From Okamejei kenojei (taxonomy: Eukaryota), in the NCBI GenBank assembly GCA_035221665.1, contig CM069160.1, positions 4,340,001 to 4,404,000 of the forward strand: a DNA stretch of 64,000 nt, written 5' to 3'. The first letter of the stretch is position 1; the number at the start of each line of letters is the position of its first letter. Of the stretch, positions 23,232 to 35,904 are shown in pieces. Both the position numbers and the translations under genes were made by a program. The notes beneath the pieces are model-generated. The model searched no databases. It was not told the origin of the DNA and was given only the letters and a program-made list of their open reading frames with translations.

Positions 23232-24512
23232 GGGGGTGGGTTGAATGGAACGAGATATATAGACCGGTATTTAAGGACAAATAAATTGAAGGAATGCCTA
23301 TTCATTTTCTCCAGAGAATTGTGTGTCTGATCTAAAGATAGTCCGAGGATCACCAATTAGGTAGAAAGTAGATATGACGCTGCAAACCCGAAATTTAGAC
23401 CCATGCCCAGGTCGATGAATGCAATTGGCCTATTTGAATATCCACAACGTTTCCCCCTTCCACCCAGCCAAGATGTCGGCCCTGCAATATTGACTCATCC
23501 ACTTTACAATTTCCCCGTTAGGTTATTCCCAGCGTTCCCCGTTACCAGAGACACGGTTCCTCGAATGCTGGGGGGTTCTCCATCTGGTCATGACCCTGTC
23601 TTGTTCATCTTTTACAGCAAACGTTCCTCATCTCTCGTGGTCCTTCCGGGAATGTGCGGCCTCTCCAAAGTGGTCATCCGTTTACAAGCTAACTATGCAA
23701 GTCGCGGACGACAATGGGTCTGTATATTTAATGTCACCGTCGGGAAAAACGTCCTCGGCTATTATTTTTCCGTATTCATTCTGGCAATACACCTGTACGT
23801 GTCGCCTACATCCTTTATACAAATATTCCTGCGTACAATCTCCGCTGGTCCACAGTGTCATTCACAAGTCGAACCGCTTCTTCGCCATTGTTGCCAGAAA
23901 TAAAAATCAAAAAATACTGCACCGCGAGAGAACCGCCGCAGTGATTCTAACGACAGTGTGTTTGTGCACTTTTTGATCCATATTCCAGTTTATTTTCGGT
24001 ATGAGCCCAGCTATATTGCCGTGATATACGATTGGGGCCTGCCATACCAGTTAGCAGAATATGCAACATCGACCGCATGGAAGACGTACAAATGGGTCTC
24101 CAAACTTTTGGGTTAACCGACTGCTGGCTGCCACTGCCGCTGGTACTAGCTGTATAAATCTCACGAGACCGTCCGGGCACATTGTACATCAGTCGAATTC
24201 GCAAGCGCCCTGAAGCCTCCGCGTGGGACGGTAATATATGTGGATCCCGAGATCAGAAACCGGAAGGACTTCAAGCATATCTTATTTGTTGCCAACCTCT
24301 GGGAGCTCATCACTGCCTGTGGACTCCGTTATGATACTCGACTTGTGTTTCGTCGAATCACGCAGATTTGCGTCAACGCCCCGAGGTCCTTTATCTTGCA
24401 TATAGAAAAAAAAATAGCGCTTCTGCTAATGTTATTTGAGTTTCACTGTACAAAACACTTGTATTTATGCTCTTGTCCAGAGCGAGGGTTCCGGCAGGAA
24501 GCGAAGAAGTGA
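22706..24512 (+). pseudogene. GPR139/GPR142-like rhodopsin-family GPCR, two coding exons (about 22706-22773 and 23618-24512), heavily frameshifted
   Basis: Exon 1 ..PIFAIIGIP|gtgagt. After acceptor ttttacag: ANV..CGLSKVVIR..M.VAD; WSTVSF..RFFAI-CCQK..KYCT.RTAAVIL; IHIPVYFRYEP; AWKTYKWV; DPEIRNRK; NTCIYALVQ..FRQEAKK. Confidence 0.8.
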
Positions 24513-26142
24513 TTAGCATATCCATTATTAATATTGTCCGGATTTTAAAAATAAATTAGACCGTTGAAATCGAAGCATGTTGCCTGATTCTTGCATTACC
24601 TGCCATTTAACTGCCCTTCCTCTTTCCCATACCGACATCCTGTCCCTTGGCCATAAGACAGCGAGGCCATCACACAAAAAGGCGAACACACTCATAATCT
24701 GCTGGGTTAGCCTAGCACCCCAACGGTTATGAAGATTGATTTTGAATCCAAGAACCGCAGATGCGCGTTCAAACCGAAGAATAGGAACACAACATGCCTG
24801 TGAATCTCGGCGGGACAGGCGGCATCTCTGGACAGATGGAATAGGAAACGTCACCCTTTAACTTCTCTCCAGAGATAACTGCTGTCCCAATGAGTTTACT
24901 GCGGCATTTGTGTCTTTTCGTTATAAAGATTGATTATCCCAATTTTAACTAGTAGACCCCCTCTCTTTCATGGGCCCCTGAACCCGATACGGGCTACCCG
25001 TTCTTCCCACTTCCCCCCACCCCCTGTCCCCTTCCATCAACATCCCTCCCTCTGGCTTCACATTTCACTCCTCTTCTTTCCACACCCAACAGAATGTTGT
25101 CTCCTTTTCACCTTTTAGCCCTTTCATTTAATGTTCAACCATCTGCCAATTCACCCTCCCCCTCACCCGAAACGACGCAATAACTGTTGTCGGGAGGAAC
25201 TGCAGAAGCTAGTTTCTAACGAGATAGACATAAAGTGCTGGAGTAAACTCAGCGGGTCCGAGGGCTAACATCTCTGAATAAAAACATAGTGACGTTTCGG
25301 TTCCGAACTTTTCTTCAGACTGAAAGAAACGTCACCAGTTATTTTTTCTTCAGAGATGCTGTCCAGACCCGCTGAGTTACTCCAGCACTTTGTACCTCAG
25401 AAAAAACGACCCGAAAGGTCACCGAACTCTTGTTCTCTCAGAACGCTGAGATGCTGCCTGACCCGCCAAGTTACTGCAGCACCCTGTCCTATCCGCATTA
25501 CTTGGCCAGCTTTATTCCGGCCCACGTCTCATTTTGCATCAGCTTTCCTCCCCCTACTCCAATCAGTATGAAAGAGAGGCTCGACCGAAATCGTAGTCTG
25601 TCAATTCCCTACACAGATGCTGCCCTGACCCACCTAGATTTCCTTCAGCACGTTGTATTCCGACCCAAAACTATCGAGCTGTTGGTTTAAAGGCGAAGAT
25701 TGAATGACGCGGACAGTGTAAAGGTTCCAAACAATGGAACGCACAGTTAAATTATAGTTCTCCATTTGTGTAAAAATCCCCGGCGGGGGTTCCGGGGGGG
25801 GGGGTGGCAGGCGGGACGTGCCCCCTTCATGTTTTCCGAGATGGGGGAAGGTCCCCCTCCCCCCACATTACAAGGTTTTTAAGGTATGTCGGGTTTAATA
25901 CGTAGTCTTCGTTTTGAGTCGATTCGTTCGTTCATCACTTCATTCCTCTGACTTACAAAAACGATGTTGTTTAACTGTCTATTCACCGTAATTGCTACAT
26001 CGATAGGCCATTTCTTCATTCTTAGAATTTAAAATTGGTGTTTACGTCGTTTTTCCGATGAGTCAGAGGAATAAGTGGTTAAACGCCACCAACGGTCGAT
26101 TCTTTGTACCCCGCATCTGAGGTTTAAGCAATCAGAAATGTT

Positions 26143-27445
26143 GTGCTAACCTTCTGCACCCACACACACAACTGACTGACTTCATCGGCTTCAACCAATG
26201 ACTTCCAACCGGCACTCATATACACCTGGAACCATTTCCGACACTTCCCTAACCATTCCTTGACTCACTATCTCCATCGCAGGTGAAAGACTTCTGACCG
26301 AACATCCATTAATAAACCCTTCGACTCCCCATGGCTACTAGACTACACTATTCTTCCCACCCTGCCTGTCCCTGTAAGGACTCCATCCTCTACTCCCAAG
26401 TTAATCCCGTCCTACGCCGCATCTCTGCTCCCAGATGAGGTTTCTACACCCGGGCATCGGAAAGTCCCAATTCTTTCAGGGAACGTGGGTGCCCCTCGCA
26501 CAAGCGTCTCGTCATATACCCCCGTAACACTGCTCTCTCTCCCCATCCCCCCCTACTCGTAACAAGGCAGAGTCCCCTGTTCCTTACCTTTCATACCCAC
26601 TAGCCGTCACATACAACAATAGTCCTCCGCCAGTTTCGCCACCTCCAACGTGAACCCCACCCACTCGCCACATCTTCCCATCTCCCCCACCGTCTGCTTT
26701 CCCGCAAAGAGCCACTCCCCACCGTAACTCCCTGGTCAATTCTTCCCTTCCCTCCCGCACCACCACCATCCAATAGAACATAGAAACCATAAAAAATAAA
26801 GGTGCAGGAGTAAGCATGGTCGCCCTTCAAGCTGCTCAGCCATTCAATATGATCCACAAGGCAACTTTCCCTTGCTACCGCAAGAGATGCTACATTTGTC
26901 CGCTTTACTTCCCCCCTTCGACTCCATACAAAAGGACTCAAGCATGTCATTCCACGTCGACAGAGTTCACCTGCATCTCCTCAAACCTCATCTATTGCAT
27001 CCCTGCGCTAGATGTCAGCTGACTACATCAGTGAGACCAAGCGTTGCTTGTGCGATCACTTCGCCAAACACCTACCTCCGCTCGCTCCGCCATTACCAAC
27101 CTGATCACCCTGTGTCCTCAGCACTTCAACTCCTCACTCCCATTCCGAATCCAACACTTCTGTCCTGGGCCTCTCTCTGTGGCCAAGTGAGCCACCAACC
27201 GGAAATTGGAGGAGCAGCACCTCATATCCGCTTTGGCATTTGCACATTAGTGGCATAAATCATTGACATCTCCTATCCCGGTAGGTCTTGCTGTATCCTC
27301 CCATTCTTAGCTCTCCCTCAGCCCTCGGCTCCTCCCTCTCTGTCTCCATTCTCCTCCCCCCCCCCCCCCCCACACCCCCCCCTCACATTATCCCTGAAGC
27401 ATGGTTTTTCGGTCGAAACGTTGGTTATACCTTCCGCTCCATAAT
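26143..27445 (+). mobile_element. Penelope-like element fragment (RT C-terminus and GIY-YIG endonuclease), with a CR1 tail inserted at about 26772-26860
   Basis: Frame-corrected KP.DS..YLDY.SSHP..CKDSILYSQ..LRRI; CKRCYIC; FTCISSNLIYCI.C.RC..YI.ETKR; ends with a cctgaag...cgaaacgtt motif. Confidence 0.8.
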
Positions 27446-28194
27446 GTGGTTAACTGGCTACAACAAATCGATATCCATTCATTAATCCTTATAATATAAT
27501 AGTGTGAACTGACCTTGCTTCAAGTAATGCACGTTTTCCTTTGACTAAACTTAACGGAGATGCCAATTTTAAACTGTCAGATGCGGGCACTATTATCATT
27601 TGAACTTTGGAGTAATTTCCTATGAAGGAATAGGCGATGATTCAGGTCGAGACCCTTTCTACAAGACCCTTTGCGAACATCGAAATGTCTGACGGGCCAA
27701 ATGCGGATATGTTTTAAAAGATAAGTCATCCAGACAATATTCATCACAAATGAGAGGCAAAGACCATTACATTCATTTTTCGAGCAGGTACCCCTTTCCA
27801 AAAGGTATAGTTTAAGTGCTGATCTTTTCTCATCCATTTCTCATTGTCACTTTTTTCATATTTTGTATGAATATTATGCATGAAAAAACTGCAGAACATC
27901 TACCATATCATGTCGAGCAGGGCCGTTTCTTATTCAGTAAAGATCATAAAACGAATGTTACTGAATAATAGACTTACCCGGGACTTGCACTTATTTAAGT
28001 TAGATTCAGTAAGAACTTCAGTCACAATTTTTTAATCAATTTCCACCTCATTCTAGATCTAGTTTAAACTTAAAACAACACGAGATCCGGCATCATAATG
28101 TTATGGCTATTTTCCAGTAAAAATTTGCAGTATCTAATGTTTATCTCCAAGATTTGATGAAATGCTGTTTAAGAAGGGAACTGCTAGATCTAGA

Positions 28195-28500
28195 AAATCA
28201 AAGTCGACAAAACTGCAGGAGAAACTCAACGGGACAAAAACTGCAGGAGAAACTCGACAAGGGACAAAACGCTGAGAAAACGCAGCCGGACAGCTGGGTC
28301 CCCCACTGAGTTACTCCCGCAGTTTTGTCCCCGCTGAGTTTCTCCAGCAGCTTTGTCCCCGCCGAGAAAATGCTGGAGAAACTCAGCGGGGACACCAGAA
28401 ACAGAAGATAGACACACATAGCTGCACACACTGAGCGAGACAGGCAGCATCTCAGGAGAGAAGGAAATGGGTGGAGGTTTCGTGTGTTCAGACCGCTGTC
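28195..28500. repeat. Tandem and inverted array of about 30-bp units derived from the Penelope-type short repeat
   Basis: aaaactgcaggagaaactc...gggac repeated, then reversed copies gtccccgctgagtttctccagcag. Confidence 0.65.
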
Positions 28501-31494
28501 ATCGGCAGTTTGGATGAATAATTTACTTTCAATACTGCCTGCATCGTGGATTCAATATTGCTCCACTTTCAAACTTAACGTGTAGTTATGACTGATCGGA
28601 TCAGTTGTTGATACACCCCGTGGAAATCAAACGCGTGTTTTAAAGCGAGTTTTAAAGCTTGCTCTGCTTTTAGAGCACAGTCCTATTTCTAAGTTGTTGC
28701 TCGCTGTATAGACCCCGGCAGCCGCGATTGACTGGATTTTTCCCGGGGATTTAGTTCGCTCTGCCTGTTATCGCTGGAGGCCCGGGCTAGTTCCTCCCCA
28801 GCAGTTAATGGTTTGCTCAAAGTGCCAGAATCTGCAGTTCCTGGCGTCTCCTGGTTTGATAACATGCTCAGTAACATTGAGCTAACATCAATTATGAATT
28901 ACCATTAATACACATAGTGATTGTGCTATAACATCAGGATAAGCGCTCAAGCAAGAACACCAAGCCCAATGCCAAAGTAGTGTCTAAACTGCCAGAGGAC
29001 AATAATTGACGTAATCTTCAGTGATGAGCTATCCACATGTTGGCAAACGCACAAGCTAAATGTTTCACCAATAAACCGTATCCCATAAGCCACATGAGAA
29101 TCTAAAATACATTTTGGCAATAGAGAGAGAACCTCCACCTGAACAATGAATTGAATCGAATATTCCTTTATTTTATTCAAACAAGTTTAAACAAAATTTC
29201 GTCATGACAGTTACAAAGGCAACAAAACAAGCAATTACAGAAGACCAAATGGTTCTCTCTGCAGATTAGAAAAGCAATTTTATTAACTAATTGACACCAT
29301 CTATTTTACAGCGGCAATTGGGGTCAAAATGTTTAATACATCCCAAAATACAAGTTTTAGGGTTGCATATAATTCAGTCTTATATAATTTCTTGGTTTAA
29401 TAGCTCGGTATCCATACTACAGTTACCACCGATTAAAAAAAAAACCCTGGACGTCATGCTGGGCAACATATATAAAGGACATGTTCAGAAGGAACTGCAC
29501 ATGTTAAAAAATCGAAGTAGAACAAAAATGCTGAGGAACTCTGCGGGTGCGGCAGCAGTCTATGGATCGAAGGAAATAGTTTGGGTTTGGGTCCGAAACC
29601 CTTCTTCAGGCACATTCAATGCAGCTTGAAATTGTCCTGTCCCTATATTATGTTGTCCAGCAATAATGCCCCGGAATTTTTTTTAAAATCTGTTGGTACA
29701 AATCTGCACTATTGACAGCATTATCCAACCGGTACCGGGCCCAGTCGTAAAAGCATCCACGTCGCGGGGCTGGAACTGGAAGAATCCCAACTAATACCGT
29801 TCACAGCGAGCACGGCTGAAGCTACTCCGTTTGCCTGGCGTGTGTGTGTGATTGTGCGCATGGCGCGCTTGCCGCCAAGAAAAATTGTCCTCCCCTGTCC
29901 CTTGGACCCCCTCCACAGCACTGGAACAGGCCCTTTGGCCCACAATGTCCTGTGTTGAACATGATGCCAAGACCAAACTCTTATTAGCCTGCACAAATAT
30001 ACCTCCATTCGCTGCACATCCGACAACAATAAGGGCAACAGGCGGTGCAGCCCTGGAGTTGCGCCTTAAGTGCCACACACCGGGTTTGATCTGGCCTAAT
30101 GTTAGTGTCGGAAATCCGTGGCGGACACGGGTGGGCTGAAGGGTTTGTTCCAACCATTACTCTAAACTAAAACTAAACTAATAATTTTGCTCTGTTTACA
30201 CTCTGACCAATTCGCTCCTATTCTCAGAATGGCTTGAACATGCTTATTTCAATGTTACCCGAGAATGATGGATGCCGCAAACTCATTCAAACTTATTTTT
30301 TAAACGCTCATAATTCAGAAATGACACTTGTGGATATACAATGAAATTCACGGTCAGTTTGCACATAAAACACTCCACAGCTATTCTATACCACAGTTTT
30401 GAATAACGAGTATTGTTCCCCGTACTCTGTAGGGTCAATAAAACACAGCCGCATACGTAACCCGTGTTCCATAAAACTCACAAGGGCAGGGACTGATATT
30501 GTCTCTTGGAATTTGCACTGTTCCTCCATGTGACCACGTGGCATTTCTCCAGGTGCTCCATTTCCGTTGCACAAACCAAAGGGGTTCTCACTAAACTAAG
30601 CAATATTATTAAACTGTGGTGTGGAGCGTGGTTCGAAATATGAAAACAAAGCATTCCTTGTTGACTGCCCCATCAAATACTTGATAGCACTGAGTGAAGC
30701 ATTAACATGCAAAGGCCAATTACTTCTCCACTACATTACACCATTCAGGTATGTGAAACACGGAATGCAGGTTACAGTAATGTGACAAAGAGAAGTGGCA
30801 AAATAACTAGGAAGGAAACTGCAGATGTGGTCAATTCCACCCGAAGATAGGCTCAAAAAGCTTGAGTAACCGAAGATAGGCTCTAAAACGCGGGTCAAAC
30901 AGCTGAGTTCTCCAGTCTGGAAGGGTCTCGACACCGAAATGTCACCTATGCCCTTGATATCCAGAGATGCTGTCTGATCCGAGGTTTCCCCAGCTTTTCG
31001 GTGTCTATCTCCCGGCAAGATAAGTTATGACATTGTGAGAAGAGGCTTTTAGATTGACAATTTGATCTGCATGAAGTAAGGGGATATGGATCATGTTGCA
31101 GTTGGATGGGATAAGTTCAGCATCTCACCATGTTCACTAAACCACAGACATTGTGGGCCAAGGGACTCTTCTCTTCCTGAGATGTACTTCTTAATAATTT
31201 TATGTGAAATAAGATTTGTAATCAGTTGTAATCCCCCTTGAACAGACCTGCATCATTCAATAACTTCAATGTCCAATCACCTGATTTTGGATCAGTTTAC
31301 TGCATAATTCTTGCAATCTTTGATACATTTCTGATCTAAACTCTATATATCTCAACCTGGAAAATAGTCATCCACCTTGTCTTCACAGCTGCAAAAGAAA
31401 GTTCAGGCAATCATACACCTCCTGAAAATAAATCTTCTTCGTATCTTTTTAAACAGGGACCCGACATGAGATGTTACCGAAAACGAAGAGAACA

Positions 31495-32090
31495 AACAGG
31501 TCCCAGGGTTGGGGGCCGCCGATAACAACAGTGAACCCAACATGGAGGAGCTGCCTAGAATAAAGAGGCCCCCGGGGTTGGGGGGGGGGGGCGCCCGATA
31601 ACACAGGTGAACCCAACAGGGAGGAGCTGCCCAGAATGAAGAGGGTCCCGGGGTTGGGGGGGGGTGGGGGGCGCCGATAACACAGGTGAACCCAACATGG
31701 AGGGGCTGCCGAGAACAAAGAGGGTCCCGGGTTTGGGGGAGGGGGTGCGCTGAGAACACAGGTGAATCCAACATGGAGGGGCTGCCGAGTATAAAGAGGG
31801 TCCCTGGGTTGGGGTTGGGGCGCCGATAACACAAGTGAACCCAATATGGAGGGGCTACTGAGAACAAAGAGGGTCCCGGGGTTGGGAGGGCATGGATAAC
31901 ACAGGTGAACCCAACATGGAGCGGCTGCCGAGAATAAAGAGGGATGCGGGATTGGGAGGGGGGGCGCATATAACACAGGTGAACCCAACATGGAGGGGCT
32001 GCCGACAACAAAGAGGGGCCCGGGGTTGGGAGGGGGGCGCTTACAACACAGGTGAACCCAACGTGGAGGGGCTGCGGAGAACAAAGACGG
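31495..32090. repeat. G-rich minisatellite, about 8 x 74 bp, inside a non-autonomous retroposon with a Rex-type tail to about 32215
   Basis: Unit gataacacaggtgaacccaacatggaggggctgccgagaa.aaagagggtcccgggg.., followed by atttcactgtgac..gtgacaataaag(atca)n. Confidence 0.9.
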
Positions 32091-32354
32091 ACCATTGGGA
32101 ACTGTGATGATTACTTTGTAACTTTATATACCTTGTGTATGTTTTGCAAAACGAATAATTTCACTGTGACTTGAAGCACGTGACAATAAAGTATTAATCA
32201 ATCAATCAATCAAATGGGCGACCTTTTATTCCAAAATGTGGTGCAATGAATGAGTTCAGAATCACCGGGTAACTGCAACTAAGACAGCACTTTAAAAAAA
32301 AATGAATGGCTGAATGTAAAGCCATCAGTCAGCATTGATAGAATCAAGAGCATA

Positions 32355-32845
32355 TACATAGCAAAGTAACAGCACAAGAACAGGCTCTTTGATCCACAAT
32401 GATTGTGCTGAACATGATGCCAAGACCAATTCTTATCTCCTTGCACAAATCCATATCCATCCATTCCCTGCACATTCATGCGCCTATGTAAAAGTCTATT
32501 TAATGCCACTACCATATCTGCTTCCACCACCACCACCCCGGCAGCAAATTCCAGTCACTCATCACCCTTGGCGTAAAAACACTTGCCCTGCACATCTTTT
32601 TTTAAACATTGCCACTCATTGTAAAGCCATACCTGCTCTTAATTTGGTATTTCCTTCCTGGGTAAAAAGATTGATGGTCTACCCTACCTCCACCCCTCAC
32701 AGTTGTATATATTACTGACAGGTCTCCCCTCAATCCCCGACATTCCAGAGGAAAACAATCCAAAGTCTGTCCAACTTCTCCCTGTCACCAATACCCCACT
32801 AATCCATGCATCATTCCGGTAGACCTCCTCTGCATCATCCCAAAG
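32355..32845 (-). mobile_element. Old CR1 3' fragment overlapping the end of the MHC-I cytoplasmic exon
   Basis: Minus strand atgcagaggaggtctaccggaatgatgcatgga...ttggacagactttggattgttttcctctgga, a decayed MQRRFTRMLPGL...RLDRLGLFSLE. Confidence 0.75.
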
Positions 32846-33042
32846 GAAGCCGATTGTGCTTCATGGTCATGCAGTCTTCTCCTGTCTCTGCTGTTGTCAG
32901 CTGGTCCCTGTTGATTGAGAGTTTTTCTCCTTTTCCTCTTCATCCAGCAACCAATTCCAATGATGATCCCCACGAGGAATAAGAGGAATGATTGCAGATC
33001 CAGTCACGATCCTAATCTTTATATCTTCTTTCGCAGCCCTCT
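32785..33042 (-). CDS. MHC class I-like gene: transmembrane and cytoplasmic exon
   Basis: Acceptor cctacag; ERAAKEDIKIRIVTGSAIIPLI-LVGIIIGIGCW-MKRKRRK (TM plus basic stop-transfer; one frameshift); stop at 32785-32787. Confidence 0.7.
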
Positions 33043-33451
33043 CTGTAGGTCATATGTAGTGTATATTTAAACATATATTGTCTCAATAACAACGTTGTAA
33101 TTATTTTATGATCTACATTAAACTAGCACTGTCCATATCTAATTACAAAAAGTAATAAAGTTTTAGATTTATGCAATTGTCCAGACGATAGATGTGTTTG
33201 CAAAAACATCGATGAAAATCTTTTAAAATTCATATTTGCATTGTGGCTTGTGATTTTATCTGCAGCATTTAATTAAGAATTTAAAGAATCAAGTTCGTCA
33301 TAAATAGATGACTATTTGCAGCGTAGAGGTCAACAAGGCTATTTTCTTTATGTTGGGACAATTGTTATTATAACAAATAAAAGTTAACCATTGATAGTTG
33401 ATAACACTTCAAGGTTTTAAACTGCTGATAGTTCAACGGTATCGGAGACTT

Positions 33452-33502
33452 CGCTCTCTCTCTCTCTCTCTCTCTCCCCTCGCTCTCTCTCTCTCTCTCT
33501 AG

Positions 33503-33536
<34 letters not shown>

Positions 33537-33630
33537 TCTCTCTCCTCTCTCCTCTCTCTCCACCTCCCCCTCCTCTCTCCACTCTCACTTCACACCCCTC
33601 TCTTCTCTCTCTCTCTCTCTCCCTCCATCC
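33452..33630. repeat. (CT)n microsatellite / pyrimidine tract
   Basis: Direct inspection. Confidence 0.95.
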
Positions 33631-33739
33631 CTTCTTTCTGTCTCACACACATGAGCGCACACTCTCAGACATTAACATTACTGCCTATTCGTACTGGACC
33701 AGCAATTGTAACCATGTCACCTTCGCCCTGGTGTGAAGG

Positions 33740-34310
33740 GCCAAGCTGACTCTAAAAACTTCTCTCTAACTTCTACTGGTGCACAATAGAGAGCATTGCT
33801 GATCTGTTGCATCGTGGCTTGATTCAGCTACTTGAGTGCCAGGAGCGAAAAAGACTGCAAAAAGTACGTTAACACTGCCCAGTCCATCATCGGCTCTGAC
33901 CTCCCTAACCATCGAGGGATCTATCGCAGTCGCTGCCTCAAAAGGCTGGCAGCTTCATCAAGGATCCACACATCCGGGCCACAACCTCATCTCCCTGCTA
34001 CCTTCAGGGAGAAGGTACAGGAGCCTGAAGACTGCAACGTCAAGGTTCAGTAACAGCCTCTTCCCCACAGCCATCAGGCTATTGAACTCAACTCAAACAA
34101 AACTCTGAACATTAATAGCCCATTTTCTTTTTATTTGCACTTTATCTATTATTTATTCATGTGTGTATAATTTATATAATGGTATATGGACACACTGATA
34201 TGTTCGGTATTCATGCCTACCATATTCATGTGCTGAAGCAAAGGAAGAGTATTTCATTGTCCTATCTGACAACATGACAACATGACAACATTCTCTTGAA
34301 CTCTTGATCT
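33740..34310 (+). mobile_element. Rex1/Babar LINE 3' fragment
   Basis: NFYWCTIESI...TAQSIIGSDL...HPGHNLISLLPSGRRYRSLKTATSRFSNSLFPTAIRLLN, then an atttcattgt..tgacaa tail. Confidence 0.85.
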
Positions 34311-34344
34311 TGAGATCTTTGCAGAGGTCTTGTCTGGAACAAAT

Positions 34345-34665
34345 AAGTCAGCGACAGAACAGGTGCTGCTACTTCGGACTGATAATGGGGCGCGGTTATG
34401 GCATCACTTACTAGCCTTTTGTGTAACTAGCTACTATCATAAAAATTAGTTTCTCCCAGTGATCTGCGTGGGTTTTGGTCTGGGACTCTCGTTTCCTCCC
34501 ACATTCCAAAGAAATACGGGCTTAAAGGTTAATTGGCTTAGGTAAAATTGTAAATTGTCCCCAGTGCGTTGGATAGTGTAAATGTACGGGATGATCTCTG
34601 TTCGGCAAGGACTCAGTGAGCTGAAGAGCCTGTTCCTGCACCATATCTCTAAAGTGGAAAGTCTA
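34345..34665 (+). mobile_element. HE1-like SINE, degenerate
   Basis: ctgcgtgggtttt...ttcctcccacattccaaaga...ggttaattggc...atctctaaa. Confidence 0.65.
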
Positions 34666-34761
34666 AATCCACAGATTAGGTAAGAGTGTGAGTTGACGCT
34701 GTTATGTCAGTCCAGGAGGTGTCTGGTCTCAAGTGATCAGATTCATTGACTTGCCACTTAC

Positions 34762-35034
34762 CCTGTGGAACATTGACTCCCTGCAGCAGAGTTGCATGTT
34801 CGATGTAGCAGGAGAATGTTGCCTACATCTTCTCCACTTCAGCTGAATTGTATTCTTCAGCTGGTAAGTCCCAATCCCAATTAGGAACAGATCACTGGAT
34901 TCAGACCCGGGGACCCTCACCATCCTTCAGCCACGTTACATCGATGGTCGGTGGGTAGAAGCCTGTGACAAGGCAGGAGAGTCTCAGTGATTGCGACCAC
35001 CACGTTTTAATCCCAATAACCACCTCAGGGGTTT
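34762..35034 (-). CDS. MHC class I-like gene: alpha3 (Ig C1) exon
   Basis: AG/GT-bounded 273-nt exon; TPEVVI..LRLSCLVTGFYPPTIDVTWLKDGE..SSDLFPN.D.TYQLKNTIQL..CYIEHATL. Confidence 0.9.
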
Positions 35035-35904
35035 CTGCAAGTAGAAGAAGCGTCAGAATTAGTGAAGACATGAAGAAAAGCCAGTTGAATGTAAGATCAC
35101 ACCAACTCACCTCTTTCCCAATTAGAGTTTTTTCTCTAGCTGAACAAAGTTTCCAGCCCAGACACAGAATGCTGGGAGTAACTCAGCCAGATGAGGCAGC
35201 ATGTCTGGAGAGAAGGAATGCCCAGAGTGTACCTCACCCACTAGTTACTCCAACATCTTCTATCTTCGGTGTAAGCCATCATCTGCAATTCTATCTTGCA
35301 CAACGTTCCAGCCTTTTCTCTTTTCTTTTTGTATTCTAACAAAACAACAAAACATTTCGTTTTAATATCAATGACATGCTCTTTATCTTGGCTCCTGACT
35401 TTAGCTGACAGCGCAGGCGGTAAGGGGAATGCAGTGCCCAATGGAGGAGTATAACTCACCATTGGGCATTGATACTAGACAAGAATTGCTTCTACTTGTT
35501 CATGAATCTCTGCTGAAGAATAACACAATAATAATATATTGTGAAAGAATAATAACATATTTCAAGAGGGAATGGGAGGAAGAAGTTCTTCAACCACAGA
35601 ACTGTTGGAAATTGGATGTCACCATCCTAAGGATTAATAGAGAAATGGAGAATCTGATTCGGTTTCTGATCAGCACAGCAACAGACCGTCCTTCAGGCCA
35701 CAAGGTCGTGCTGAACATAAGGCCAAGGTACATATCCCTCCATTTCCTGAATATCTACGTGGACTGCGGATAGAGGACACTGGTGCAATATTTATCTTTC
35801 ACTTGCACTTCCATCCCACTGGATCCATCTAAGAGGCACGTTGCTAGACTTTACAGATAACCTCGTCGAAGAACAGAGTGGCGAAGCGGTCGAGCTAGGC
35901 CTGC

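Noticed and set aside
23400-24400. Minus-strand Ig I-set-like motif (D.G.TYRCIA.NEYG)
   Set aside because: The plus strand gives a collinear series of GPR139-like motifs with splice sites; the Ig-like match needs frameshifts and is antisense coincidence.
31403-32095. 230-aa and 211-aa repetitive ORFs; CRISPR-like periodicity
   Set aside because: Tandem repeat with no unique spacers, in a eukaryotic context with no cas genes.
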